A stretch of 64,000 nucleotides of DNA, counting the filler, from Jimgerdemannia flammicorona (Eukaryota), in the NCBI GenBank assembly GCA_003990765.1. It is 3 parts of 3 records of this genome, joined end to end, with 100 filler letters (N's around TTAATTAATTAA, not from the genome) between each part and the next. Parts side by side here need not be neighbours in the genome. Positions count along the whole stretch, not along the records: positions 21,586 to 43,064 come from RBNJ01001441.1; 2 more parts are not named here. The stretch is one strand, 5' to 3'. The stretch's first letter is position 1. Each line of letters opens with the position of its first letter. Made by a program: the position numbers and the translations under genes. Under the pieces are notes generated by a model. It saw only the letters and a program-made list of their open reading frames with translations. It had not been told where the DNA came from and ran no database searches. Positions 22,456 to 34,819 of this stretch are shown here, piece after piece.

Positions 22456-24152
22456 TGTTCAAGAAGTCTTGAGACTCGTTCACAGTCGACACAACTTGGT
22501 AGCGTGGCGCAGCAGGCCCCGTCATCGCACAGACATTTATTCCCGCGCAACCCGCGTCGTGGTCCCTGATATTGCAGTCAAGAAAGGGTGTGCTCATGCC
22601 GACGGACCTCGTTAGGGAGATCCCGGAGTACTGCTATAGGCGTTAGATATGTGTGCTCACTCAATAAGAAATGAGAGGAAATATTTGTGGCTCCAAATAT
22701 ATATATGAATCGCAAATAAATAATGACTTAATGCTATACACATCAGCGCCGTGCTTGCGAGATTCAGAGACGATGGTGGTGCAAAGACAAATGAAGGGAA
22801 AGGTACACATACACAACTCATCAACGAGCATTCCTCGCGAAGACCACCTGGCTGCATTTTGAAAATATAATTATCCATACTGGAATTTTGTAGAGATTTA
22901 AAAGGTGACGCAAAAAATCGTTTTATAAACCCAATACCCAATATGCCACCGCTTCCTGGCCTCCAGTTTGTCGCTTTGCAACAGTTACTCTGATTTTAAA
23001 TTTAGGGGGTGGGCCTTTGTCCACAACCACGCGTCCAAGTTTACATGTATGCTGTAAGATCGGAACGCCGCCAGCGATAGTAAACAAGGTGCCGTTGGCG
23101 GAAAATATCGGCATCGCCCACAAACATCCTGTTTGTTTGGGCAACGAATCTCCCGGCTCCTCGTTGGGTCACGCAGCCAATCATCAATCTCCAAATGAAC
23201 TTAAATTTGAAAATATATACATATATAATTAAAACGTTGCCTCCATTACATAGTGAGACGAACAACGACCTCTACGTCGTACTCCTCATGCCTCCTACGC
23301 TCACAAGTTTGCTATAGGAGAGTGGGCAGACTTTTCTGAAGAGGATATCAAGCCGTGTGCCGTTGACTATGTCGGCGTGTACCGAAGAGCCAGGCCAGGC
23401 CTGCTGATATGTGGACCCTCATCCTTGTGTGCCCACATCGCCTGATGAGCTTCATGGAGGCTGTCGACAGGTTTACCAAGACGTCTCCGTACTACATCGC
23501 CTTTTGTCGCACGCGTCCGGGTATCGCAGAAGTCAAGATCTCCAGTGGGATCGACCGAAAATCGGGAAGGTGGCGCAGATCTCTATCCTCAGGACGAGCT
23601 ATACGAACGGGACGTAACGATCGAGTTCGTTGGATTGCAATGTGGCCCCTTGGAATCGATGTATGAATATGATGGTTTAGGCGCATTATAAAACCAAACA
23701 AAGATTTTTCAAAGTTCCCCATGCTTCTCGGTTTTGAGAACGATCGCACGGAATATATACATCGTCGAAGGACTTGGCATGCGGCCTCGTGATTGGGGAT
23801 TGTTTGGTTCGATTCTTCGTGCATGTGTGTTATTAAACGAATCGGGGACCATATGCTATGAAAGAAGGCAGTGAGGAAGTGGGGGCGCGACTTAAGGATA
23901 ATCAGTCGGCAATGTCACAGAAATATATGGCATGCGAGGCTAAGCAGATATTTCAAAATTCACGCTCTCTTACGTAATACCATTACACAATAACCTAGAT
24001 ACTACGCTATCTTCTGCCACGATCGTTATTTTATATTATTCTGTTGAACCAAAGTTCAGATCACTGCTTCTACACACGCGGTATATACGGCGACAACCCT
24101 TTTCCTGAAAAACATCTTCATCCATTACATCTCACCTATCCGTATCCCAATC

Positions 24153-25698
24153 TTACCAATTACCGCTCCCCAACACCTCCTCCAACCTCCCCAACATGAT
24201 CTTATTCTCCTCCTCAGTCCCGACCGTGATTCTCAAACATGCCTCACACCCAATCTCATTCCCCCTAAACCTGACCACGACGCCCTCTTTCTCCGCAAGC
24301 CTCTTATACACCTTCTCGGCCTTCACATTATCCGGCTTGCCCGTCTTAGCATCCACGATCTGCGCAAGAACGAAGTTTGCGTCGTTGGCACCGACAATGC
24401 GGCCGACGCCGGGGACGGTGAAGGACTGGAGGGCAGCGATGATACGAGCGCGCTCAGAGAGGATGGAGGCGCGGTGGCCATGCATGGTAGCGAGACCGGC
24501 AGGGGAGAGGGCTCGCAGAGCAATTTCCGAGGTCGGAGTGGAGATGTTGTAAGGAGCCTTGGTGTTGTTCATGAGCTGGATGATAGAGGGGTGGGAAATG
24601 GCGATGCCGAGTCTGTGGGGGCCGAGGCGGTGAAACGTGAAAGGTGTGAGGGACAGAGGTTGGGATGGTCGCTGTTTCCTGGCCGATTTAATACCCGCTG
24701 TTGCCCCGTTCGCGATCCATCACAATAAGCCACAACTTTCATAAGCCGGGCGAACAAACTCCTAAAATCGAGTAGCCCACCCAGCATAGTCTCCTTTAAA
24801 AATAAAGCACAAAACCTGCCTAATCCCAGCCAAGCCAAAACTCTTACTCAGCGTCTGCATGACAACGAGATTCGGGTACTTGTCAATCCAGTTTGCGACA
24901 CTTCCGTCGCAATCGTCGGCCACGAAGTCGACGTAGGCCTCGTCGACGGCCACGACACCGGCGTAGGATGGGTTCTCAAGGATGGCGCGAATGGAGGCGT
25001 GCGAGAGGACAGTGCCCGTCGGGTTTCCCGGGGAGCAGAGGAAGACCAGCTTGATGGAGGGGTCGGACGCGAGGCGGGCGTTAATCTTGGAGGGGGAGAT
25101 TTGAAGGTGTGGAGAATTAATTGGTTTTTGTTGACGGTGATAGGCGTTATGTTACCATGAGTTGAAGTGATGATAAAAATGGATATATGACGTATTGTTG
25201 ATTAGGATAGCGTTAAATTAACAGCGATAATAATATCGAGAAAAAAAGAAAAGAAAAAGCCTCACAACACACCTCCTCCGGTTTAATCTGGAACCTCCCT
25301 TCCTCCACATCCAAATTAACTTTCGAGACCTTGACATCATTAATCTGAGCCGACACCGTGTACATGCCATAGGTTGGCGGCGTGATAAGCACGCTATCCT
25401 TTGCGGGCACACAAAAGATCCGTATGAGGAGGTCGATGACCTCGTCGGACCCGACACCCAGAAACAAGTTCTCGGCACCGCGCAACGAACGCAGGGCGAC
25501 TAGCTTCTCCTTGACGAGGCGCTGCGTCGGGTCCGGGTATCTGTTGAGTGATCCGCCCTCGGAGGAGGGGAGGGAGGGCCCGTAGGCGTTCTCGTTGGCA
25601 TCGAGGAGGATACCCTCGGAGTAGTCGTCGCGCGCGCAGCGGTAGGGTTTGAGGGCAAGGATGTTGGGACGGACGACGTTCTCGAGGATGAATGGCAT
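24153..25698 (-). CDS. HIS5: Histidinol-phosphate aminotransferase (3 exons: 25698-25273, 25085-24820, 24612-24153)
   Basis: LDANENAYG, LNRYPDP, GVGSDEVID, CSPGNPTG, VDEAYVDF, TLSKSFGLAGIRLG (PLP lysine), LRITVGT. Confidence 0.97.
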
Positions 25699-28025
25699 GT
25701 TTTGGAAGGGTAGGTGTGGGTGTGTGGATTGCTGAGGAGGAGGTTCCGGATAGAAAAAGAGGGGGTGAGTCGCGATTCCCAAGCCCCCGATGCAAGTCAC
25801 GTTTCGCTGTGGATCGATTATCGAACGCGCTTTTCGCCAGCCACGTGCTTGGGATCTCACCTTTGCGCATACATAATTACAATACATACGCATGCGAGCA
25901 GCAACGTCATCATCTACCCACGCCATTTTAGCATTATATATAGACCTTCAAATAATGACTTTGGGGGTCCGGCCCTGTACAGTTACCAATACACGCTCGA
26001 CCTCTGCGCATTGTCACAACCACATACCCATCTTCACCACGGGATTGTGAGCGAGCATACCAAAGACGATGGTAGCGAACGATATCCCTCTTTGTTTGTC
26101 TCCTTCCGTCACCCACCATTAGCGAACAATCCTCCGATTCCGGGCTCCTTCCCACACAATCACTTATTAATTGGAACCTTTAATTCCCAACACAATCACC
26201 AGCGCTGTGTGTCAGGCCGCGGCCCTGCCACGTAATCATGAGCGGTAGCCTGAGCCGGCAGACTGGTTCTGGCGTAGGTGATAAAATCGCGGCGGTCTTT
26301 TATGCTTTCCAAGCACCAAGGGGAGACCCTAATCGCTATCAACATCGAGAAGCAGAGTTGGACGACCTTCAGTAAAAAATTTTAGTCGCGTGCATCCAGT
26401 ATGACAGTTCGAACAGAGATAGTTGTATTTTGCAAGAAGTAGTAGACAATATATGTCACATGATGAGGTGTCTACGCGGAATTTGTCTAGTATATACGCC
26501 GCAGTGTTTGTTGATTGATGCTACTATAATAGGAAATCTTAATCCACGAGCTTTTAATATTTTGCCCTGTGTAACAACTTCCTGATGCTTCTTCAGTCCC
26601 GACTATACGCAAAGTGGGATACTGAAAGGTAGGAAGCCGGCAAACCTCCTGAAAATCGGGAACTGCCTCACGTCGGAAGTTGCACGAATTGATATAAAAG
26701 GCAGACCGGTGACCCTGACTTGAGAGCCTAGTTCGCGCTCCGTCCGACTCTGCCGGTGTCCGGTATCGCCGATATGATGGAATGTCTGGACAAGGCGGAA
26801 ATTATTGAGGAATGTCGAGGAATTCTTGTGGAAGAGTATGGAAAGCATTCATCTGTACTCCTCAAATGGTAATTCAGAGAACAATACGAACCCGGTTGGG
26901 TGACCCTTGATGCAATTTAAATGTAATCTTGCGATCTTCATGAAACAAAGCTGGTTAGTATTGATGGTTTCCTTTGGATCAGGGCATGAGATGTTACGTT
27001 TCAGATTAATGTATTTGGGTGCTCGATTTGGTTTCATAGAGACACATCAAGCCATCGGAATTTATCTATATCCCAAATTATCACCGTGATTACTCCATGT
27101 TAGGATGTTAGGTCATGATATTTTCCGCTCCGTCCTTCTGGATCTGTGCATTGTTTTTATGTTGAACATCACATGAGAAAATAAATAATTATTATAAATT
27201 AACGTGACATGTCACAAATAATTGATTGTTTGTCTTAGTATCGAACACGGACAGGTGCCCCTTAGGGGGAGGTTTTTGAATTCTGCAATTAATATATTAT
27301 GAGCTGTAAAGAAGTCTGAGAAGATCGAAAATTAATGTTTGGATACAAATGGACTTAGTGGCGCAGTTCGCTCAGCACCACTGCGAATAGCCACACCACG
27401 AAGCTGTGTGTATATCGGAAAACCGCACATGAAAACGTACGCAACGAGACACGATCGACGAGCCTTGCTCTCATCATCATCTATTCTGATCGCCTTGATC
27501 TACATGATGTCAATAAGAAGCTCGGCCAGCTCGAGCCGTCAGGCTGTGAGGTCCACAAAAGGCAATTCCGTTAAAGTCGTGTAACCTGAGTACCGATCGG
27601 CTGCGTCGAAGAAAGGCTCAGCCAATCTCGCCGCGTGGCCGGGTTGTCTCCGAATCCGCTCGCGTCATTTTTTTTTCTTTGCAAAAAGGGTGTCAAGCCC
27701 AGCCAGCCCTCGGTTTTGATGACCCGTCCGACGGTGGCGTGTCCCGGAAACGGGTGACCGAGGGTGTCACTGTCCGGGCTAAATCCCATGTGTTTCGAGG
27801 CCGACAACTGCAATAAAGAAGATCCGGCATGAGTGGAATATTTGTATAAAAGACCTGTTAGGCCCTTATCATTTCAGTTCATATTCATCGGTTTGGGCAT
27901 AGTGTCAAGTTGCGATCCAAACCACGTTTGCCTTAGTATCCCCTCTTTTCACCACATCTCTTTCTTTATCGCGTAGTATTGACTACACGCGCCTTTAGCT
28001 CATACACCACCTCCCTTCAACAACA

Positions 28026-29582
28026 ATGTACAACCGCGCAATCAAACGGGCCGCCATGTCGCTCCTCTGCTTTGTAGCCATTCTGTCCTGTATCTTCATC
28101 GGTACCGCGAGCGCTGCCCCAGCAAAGAAAAAATCATCGAAGGGCCCGGTCGTCATCGGCTACTATCCGAGCTGGAGCGCTGGCCAGTTTACGCCCAGCG
28201 AAATCCCCTTCAAAAGGCTGACCCATGTCCATTTCGGTAGGTGAAAAATTCCTTTCCCAGTCGATTTGGCAGTGTCGGTGGTGTTCTTTTAACCGACATA
28301 CTCCGTCCACATTCTCCAGCTTTCGCCATTCCTCAAGGTCCAGGCTCTGATGAATGGAAATTCGAGTCTTCCGATGATAGTTTTAAGCAGCTTGTCACTT
28401 TCGCTCACGCCGCTGGCACCAAAGGTATGTAAACCGAATATTAATCATAATACCATTTTCTGAATGTTAAAATTCAATCTCCATATTTATTGACCAATTT
28501 TGGTTTCCTGATTGCAGTTCTTCTTAGCTACGGAGGGTGGGGCGGGTCTCAAACGTTCAGCGGTATTGTCTCCAGCGCTGCTCGTCGCACGAAGTTTGTG
28601 AAGAACGCTCTGGGCTTTGTCAAAAAATTCAATCTCGACGGGATCGATATCGACTGGGAGGTATGTAGATTGAAATTGACGCAATTCCAACATATTCTGT
28701 TGCTTTTTTCAAACCACATATCTTAAACGGCACATTCCATAATTTCTCTCTTTTCAGTATCCCGGCTCCGCTGGCAACACCAACGACTTCAATGCCGCCC
28801 ACGACACCGATAACTTTCTCCTGCTTCTAAAGCAGCTTCGCAAGGCCCTGGACGCCAGGTACAAAGGCTCCAAAAGGAAAGAGATCACCGCTGCGACTAG
28901 CATGGATCCATGGTCCAAGAATGGAACTCCCCTCAAGGACCTCAGGGCCTTTGTTCCTCTCCTTGACCGGTTAGTGAGGGTTGGTCTGATCAATTCGTTG
29001 AATTATTTATATGCGTAGCAAGTTACTGACCTTCCTCCAATTTCTTTTCTCACAATAATTAGTGTTGGCATCATGACATACGATGTGTACGGTAGTTGGT
29101 CCTCCACCACCGGCCCCAATTCTCCTCTTAACACCTCGCCTGAGAACTCTCTAGCCATCACTAGTGCCGTCAAAGCCTGGAAACGGGCCGGCTTCCCCGC
29201 CAAAAAGATCATCGTCGGCGTCGCCTTCTATGGCCGTGGCGCGACAGCCTCCAAGGCTATGAGCAACTCCCAATATGTCCCCTTCAATGCCGGCAGCAGC
29301 AAGGAGTACACGTATAAGGACCTGCGGTCACAGGGAATCCTCGCGACCTCGACCAAGGCCGTCGCCCCGTGGGTGCGCCACTTCGACAAGGTCTCCAGCA
29401 CCCCTTGGTTGTACAACAAGAATACCAAAGCATTCATCTCGTACGACGATCCAGTGTCGTTGAAGCTTAAGGGCCAGTTCGTAAAGAGGAACGGGTACGC
29501 CGGTGTCATGATCTGGGAAGTGTCTCAGGATACCGCATCGTCAGAGCTGTTGGTCGCTTTGCGCAAGGGGTTGAGAGGATAG
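28026..29582 (+). CDS. Secreted GH18 chitinase (about 5 exons)
   Basis: Signal peptide, VIGYYPSW, LTHVHF, SYGGWGGS, catalytic DGIDIDWE-YP split by an intron, MTYD, FISYDD, GVMIWEVSQD. Confidence 0.95.
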
Positions 29583-30249
29583 GTGATTCGATTGGTATTT
29601 AATTTTCATATATATAATTACATGATACTGTAATGAATGAAAAAAAAAAAAAAAAAAAAAAAAAAAAGGTATTTAATTGATAGATGATGACATGTACATA
29701 ATGTGCACGGACAGCTAAACGAAACATCACAATGAATAATACTATGTTCTTAAACAAAAGTGGTAATCTGTGCAAAAGACCGATATATGCCACGTGACAT
29801 TTAGCGACCCATTTTCCGGGGGGTTTGAAAACGACAAATTCGTTATATCACACATCAAAGGTAAAAAAGAAAAAAAAAGAAAATCCTGCCCATCTTCCCA
29901 TGTTTGACGTTACATGGAATTGGGCCACTCGAATTGAGACAACCATCTGGCGATATTGGCAATGGAATTCCAAGCAAAAACCTTATTTGCTCGGTCTGAC
30001 AGGTCTCCAGCCAACAAAACCTTATTTGTTCGGTCTGGCAAGTGTCATACAGGGCTTCGAGGACTTAACGTGTTTTATCCTTTTCCGGGAAGCCCCTTTT
30101 CCGGTACACCACTTGTTCACTACCAACAATGTTCAAGGACGGAAGATCTATGGAAGGAGGTGTCACTTGCTCTGAGACGTGGCACAGGTGATGGGGAGAT
30201 GATGAGTTAAGTACCTTGTTGAATCAGGAAATGTCATGATTATAGGCCA

Positions 30250-30900
30250 CCAAACAGAAATCTTGGAACCAATATTCCGGTTATGACCAAGAGCTCCGTG
30301 TCTGCCTCGACACCTTGGGCGTGCCATAACTGGAACAATATCTTACTTGGATCCTACACTGTCGATTCATCTCATGTAAACAGATTGCCGAAGGCGGATT
30401 TGCCAAGAACTGAACTCGTTGATGGTTGCAGAGGTTAAATCCCATTTGATGTAATCCACGTATTATTTTTCATACCACCTGGATTATCAGCAACCCTGCC
30501 TTATTTTCATTCTACTAAAACAGTTGGTGCCAAATGTCTATTTGAGTCTCTACGCAAGTAATGCCTACGATGTTCCAACAATGGATACTTAATGGTTATG
30601 CAATTTGCTAATATGGAGCACTCTGAGAAGCAGCGATGCAAATAAGATGGTGATTGGTACACTGCGTTGACATATGCCACAAAGTTTGCCAGCTGCTTGG
30701 CCAGTCTCCACGACTTGGGCTTCAGCTATGAGGATCTCCATGCGGGTAAAGTATTCCACAAGTCTCACACCACTCTCTTGATCGATGTTGGACTTAGAGG
30801 ACGCACATTCCGAGGACGGTGCCTATGATGAGATAGCATATCATGTTCGAGAGAAAGCAGTATACACATTACGAAGAGCTGTTCCCTGGTGCCCAACAGC
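30250..30900 (+). pseudogene. Degenerate tyrosine-kinase-like (TKL) protein kinase
   Basis: WILHCRFISCKQIAEGGFAK (Gly loop), YLMVMQFA, LHDLGFSYEDLHAGKVF (compare H..IHRDLHSGNIL), LLIDVGL. Interrupted by stops and frameshifts; coordinates approximate. Confidence 0.7.
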
Positions 30901-31639
30901 ATTCAGCGAAGTCTCGACTCCAGTATATACGCAAATTCTCCGGCGGTAGCCGAATTTGGCCATGGGACGGTTCAGACAATAGAATGACGGACCACCATTG
31001 ACTTACATTTAAAACTTGTTTATAGTTAGGAAAAGGCATTGCCACTGACGTACATCACGTTCTAGAAGGAGCACGCCAAGCTTACGATCTGTGCATCTCA
31101 AGTATGGCACATTATTTTGTGTGTTTGAAGCTCTCCATTAACCATAATCATAACCTCTAGGAATAATACTCAGGTAATCACGCACTAATTAAGGTGATAA
31201 ATAATTATTACATACCCCTCCCTAGAATATGAGCATGAATAAGGCTCCGAATGTATGTATATATATATATACATGATCCAAAATTGGAGTGGTAATTACA
31301 TTGACCACAAAACATTGACGATTAACTATACAGAATGATCTGATATTCGGAAATTGAGAACCCAAGAGCTTAATCGGTTAGGGTCACTGCCAGCAATCCA
31401 TTTCACTTTTATTAGTTTTTTTTTTTTTTTTTTTTTTTTTTTCTGTGGATCTTTTTGGTTGCAATATTATTTACAAACCATACTGATTGGGCTGTACGAA
31501 TTTAACGTAACATAGCACTGATTCACATACTAGTCTTTACAAACTAATGCGCGCAACACAGTCGCGGGCTCATCAGCACGCGCGATAGAGCAATGCAAAA
31601 AAGAGTTACCAAACCACCACCTCCACTCCTCCCCGCGCC

Positions 31640-34408
31640 TTAATATTTCGTTCTATACATATCATACTCCCTCTCATACAAATCCCCCATCCTATCCCTG
31701 CTCCTCCAATACGGGCTCTTGTCCTTCCTATCCCTCTCCTTCTCATACGGGCCCCTGTCCCTCTCATACGAGTTCCTGCCTCTCTCATACGAGTTCCTGC
31801 CCCTTTCATACGAGTCTCTGCCCCTTTCATACGAGTCCCTGCCCCTTTCATACGAGTCCCTGCCCCTCTCATACGAGTCCCTGCCCCTCTCATACGAGTC
31901 CCTGCCCCTCGCATACGAGACCCCGTCCTTCCCATACGTATCTCCATCCCTCCTATACGGATCTCTGTCTCTCCCATACGAGTCCCTGTCCCTCCTATCT
32001 CTGTCCCACCCATACGAACTTCTGTCCCTCCTATCTCTGTCCCACCCATACGAACTTCTGTCCCTCCTGTCCCTCGGACTTCTATCCCTCCTATCCCTGT
32101 CCCTCCTATCCCTCGGACTTCTATCCCTCCTATCCCTGTCTCTCCCATCCCTGCCCCTCCCATAAGTACTCCAGTCCCTGCTCCAGCTCGTCATATCGTC
32201 GTACTCCCTCTCCCTTGAATTATAGCTCCTCGACTCACCATTCCTACCATCATCATACCTCTTCTCCCTCTGTTCGCCGCGTCTCCTGGTCCACTCAGCC
32301 GCCTGCACTCCCCTGGCCTCCTCATACGCGATCCTGAACCCCGCGTTCTTCTGCGCGGCCCTCGGGAAGAAGGACAGCACGGGTAGGGATCTGCCGTGCC
32401 GGATACGTGTCTCCTCCAGCCCGTGATTGTCCCACCCAATCGGTGCGGGGGCGGCGGGCTCGATCCGCCTGCGCATCCAGTACAGTTGCTTGGTGCTGTA
32501 GGGACAGAAGTGGTACCCACTGCGGAAAGAGTCGGCGACGGCGTTCCGGAGGTGGCGCGAGACGAAGGCAGCAATAGTGTCTTTGCGGGACCCGGGAGCG
32601 GGGCCCGAATCCGGCACGGGGATGTCAAGAATGGTCAAGAATCCGTCCCACGCGTCGATTACGTCTGGGATGCCCGCATCGCCCACGGGCGCGTCGAGGA
32701 CGCGTGCACCGAGGTCGTCGATGTCGTGGACGATGCGGAGGAGACGTTCCGGGAGTGCCGAGAGCGGATACCCGTACCGATCCTCGGATGGCGGGTTCTG
32801 CCTGACGAGTTTAAGAAACGTGACCTGGAACATGACGAGCTTCATGGAGGTGACGGAGGCGACGAAGGCATCGCGGAGGCGGGACAGGCTTGGGGGGGAG
32901 TCTGCGGGCTCTAGATAGGCGAGATGTGGACGGTTCCCCTTGCTTGGATCGAGCTGCCACACAACCTGCCTCGTGAGCAGTTCCGCGAGGAATGGGACGG
33001 AGAGACGGTCGCGCCATGCAGCAGGGCCACGAGCAGCATCGTCGGTATCGAGCATGGCGTAGATGAGGAATTCGCCCAAATCCGGAACGACTGACTTGTG
33101 ACGAGAGGCCACGGAAGCGACGAAATCACGGAGGCGAGTGGAGATGTGGGTTTGGAGGGTTGGGTGGTGGCGGACGAGCATCTGTGCGAGGTGGAGGAGG
33201 AGATAGTAGCCCGTGAGGGCTTTTTCGGAGGCGCAGAGCCTGGTGGTAGTGTGTATTGATGTGGTGGATGTTGAGCAGGCTTCAACCAGGTTGAGAACCA
33301 TCTGGTTACACATCTTGGGGATGATCTGGAGCACGAGGGTCGGTGTCCAGGTTGGGCATCGGGGTTGGTTCTCCGCAGCGAGCAGGAGGAGTGACTCGCG
33401 GATAGCTGGGAGCGCACGTTCAAAGTGCGCGGTGCTAAGCGCGACAGGTAAGAAGTGAGTGAACGGTTCGTTCCAGATCCCCCTTCGCAAGTGGCAATTT
33501 GCGAATGCCTCCTGGGAGAAGAGTTCGAACTCGCGTGCGCGAATGTCGATCTTGCGTCCTTTGACAGTAGCTTGGATACCGATGCCCAGGATGGCCTCAG
33601 TGAAGGGCTTGCGCAGGTAGAAGCAGACAAGGCCGCGGCGGATGATAAGGTTGTAGTCGCGCACAATTCGGGCGAAGCGCGGGTACGCCTGGCAGAAGCA
33701 ATGGATGGCCTGGTCTGGCAGATCGTCGGCGATCAGTGCCCACACATCTTCTGGGAGCCGGTCCAGGGTCCTGGCCTGGGTGGGACGAGCCATACCGGCA
33801 AGGGTGGGTGCCGTCATGGTATTGTCAACTGTATCTACGTCCATGCTCGTGGCCGGGGTGATACCAGGGGCAACATCGGCGGAGGAAACGATGACGCCTG
33901 GAAGGCCGCCGGGCATGTTGAAGTTACAACGGGGGCAAGCGAAGTTGGCACAGATGGTGGCGTTTGAGTATTTGTGATTTTGGTAGTTGACGCTAGCAGT
34001 GTAACCGCCGGTCTGCTCGACCTTGTTGCTCCCAAAAAACGAGAGTAGGTTCATAAAAATGTTTTTGAGGAGGTAGGCGGGGCTGTACCCGCCATTGTAC
34101 CCCAGGGCACGGTCGTAGGCGACTTCGTGCTCGTTCTTGAGGACATCGGCACACAAAAAGTCGCCAAAGACGTTTGGGTGGACGATGGAAGTGTTGACCG
34201 TGACTTCAGGAGGCTGCATTGGGTAAGTGGTAGGAATGTAGACAGTGAAGTGCAGGCGCAGACCTAGGTATGGCGAGCCCTCTTGCGGGGTGAGGACGAG
34301 GCACATTTGGGAGATGTCCTTGTCGTCGATAGTGACGTCCACGCCCGGGGTAGGATCGAAGTGCAATTCGCGGATATCTTGGAGCAGGCGTAGCTTCCAG
34401 GTGTCCAT
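31640..34408 (-). CDS. Intronless E2 ubiquitin-conjugating domain / F-box-like fusion protein with Arg/Asp/Tyr repeat tail (~922 aa)
   Basis: Uninterrupted ORF, likely start MDTWKLRLLQD. UBC motif YPMQPP..HPNVFGDFLCADVL with catalytic Cys, C..FACPRC, F-box-like LDRLPEDVWALIADDL, then a long globular region and a repetitive C-terminus. Confidence 0.88.
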   Translation of the reverse strand: MDTWKLRLLQDIRELHFDPTPGVDVTIDDKDISQMCLVLTPQEGSPYLGLRLHFTVYIPTTYPMQPPEVTVNTSIVHPNVFGDFLCADVLKNEHEVAYDRALGYNGGYSPAYLLKNIFMNLLSFFGSNKVEQTGGYTASVNYQNHKYSNATICANFACPRCNFNMPGGLPGVIVSSADVAPGITPATSMDVDTVDNTMTAPTLAGMARPTQARTLDRLPEDVWALIADDLPDQAIHCFCQAYPRFARIVRDYNLIIRRGLVCFYLRKPFTEAILGIGIQATVKGRKIDIRAREFELFSQEAFANCHLRRGIWNEPFTHFLPVALSTAHFERALPAIRESLLLLAAENQPRCPTWTPTLVLQIIPKMCNQMVLNLVEACSTSTTSIHTTTRLCASEKALTGYYLLLHLAQMLVRHHPTLQTHISTRLRDFVASVASRHKSVVPDLGEFLIYAMLDTDDAARGPAAWRDRLSVPFLAELLTRQVVWQLDPSKGNRPHLAYLEPADSPPSLSRLRDAFVASVTSMKLVMFQVTFLKLVRQNPPSEDRYGYPLSALPERLLRIVHDIDDLGARVLDAPVGDAGIPDVIDAWDGFLTILDIPVPDSGPAPGSRKDTIAAFVSRHLRNAVADSFRSGYHFCPYSTKQLYWMRRRIEPAAPAPIGWDNHGLEETRIRHGRSLPVLSFFPRAAQKNAGFRIAYEEARGVQAAEWTRRRGEQREKRYDDGRNGESRSYNSREREYDDMTSWSRDWSTYGRGRDGRDRDRRDRSPRDRRDRDRRDRSPRDRRDRSSYGWDRDRRDRSSYGWDRDRRDRDSYGRDRDPYRRDGDTYGKDGVSYARGRDSYERGRDSYERGRDSYERGRDSYERGRDSYERGRNSYERGRNSYERDRGPYEKERDRKDKSPYWRSRDRMGDLYEREYDMYRTKY
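31740..32165 (-). repeat. Coding tandem repeats: 21-nt (YERGRDS)n and DRDRRDRS(P/SYGW) units
   Basis: Visible 21-nt units tcatacgagtccctgcccc(t/c)(t/c), and longer units upstream. Confidence 0.92.
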
Positions 34409-34819
34409 TGTCCAGGGGTAGAAAGGAGTGGATGAAGGGAAGGAATGAAGAGCGGATGGGTCATGTTTATTGTTTTTATGATGCAAAACGGTGGCAAATG
34501 TCTCAGTATATACATCAACATCAACAACGAGCCGCAGTCATGTCTCAGAACCAACCACTAATTAGTCGAAATTGCATTGCACCGCGTCACGGACGATGTA
34601 ATTACGTGGGAATGGAATATATCCACATATATCCGCGGGAACAACTCCCAAGGGATAGTAGCCATCCAGTTATATACATATTCAGCGAAGTTTATTAAAA
34701 AAGTATATACCTTATGGCCTATCTGGATTGGTACCTTTTGACCCTATTCCCCCAGTCCCCCAGTCCCTCCCCCAGTCCCTCCCCCAGTCACGTCATTCCT
34801 CTTGCTCACAGAACATACC

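Noticed and set aside
31606..32165. Alternative-frame ORFs (MGGAGMGETG.., LSYESLP..)
   Set aside because: Shadow frames of the coding tandem repeats in the E2 gene.
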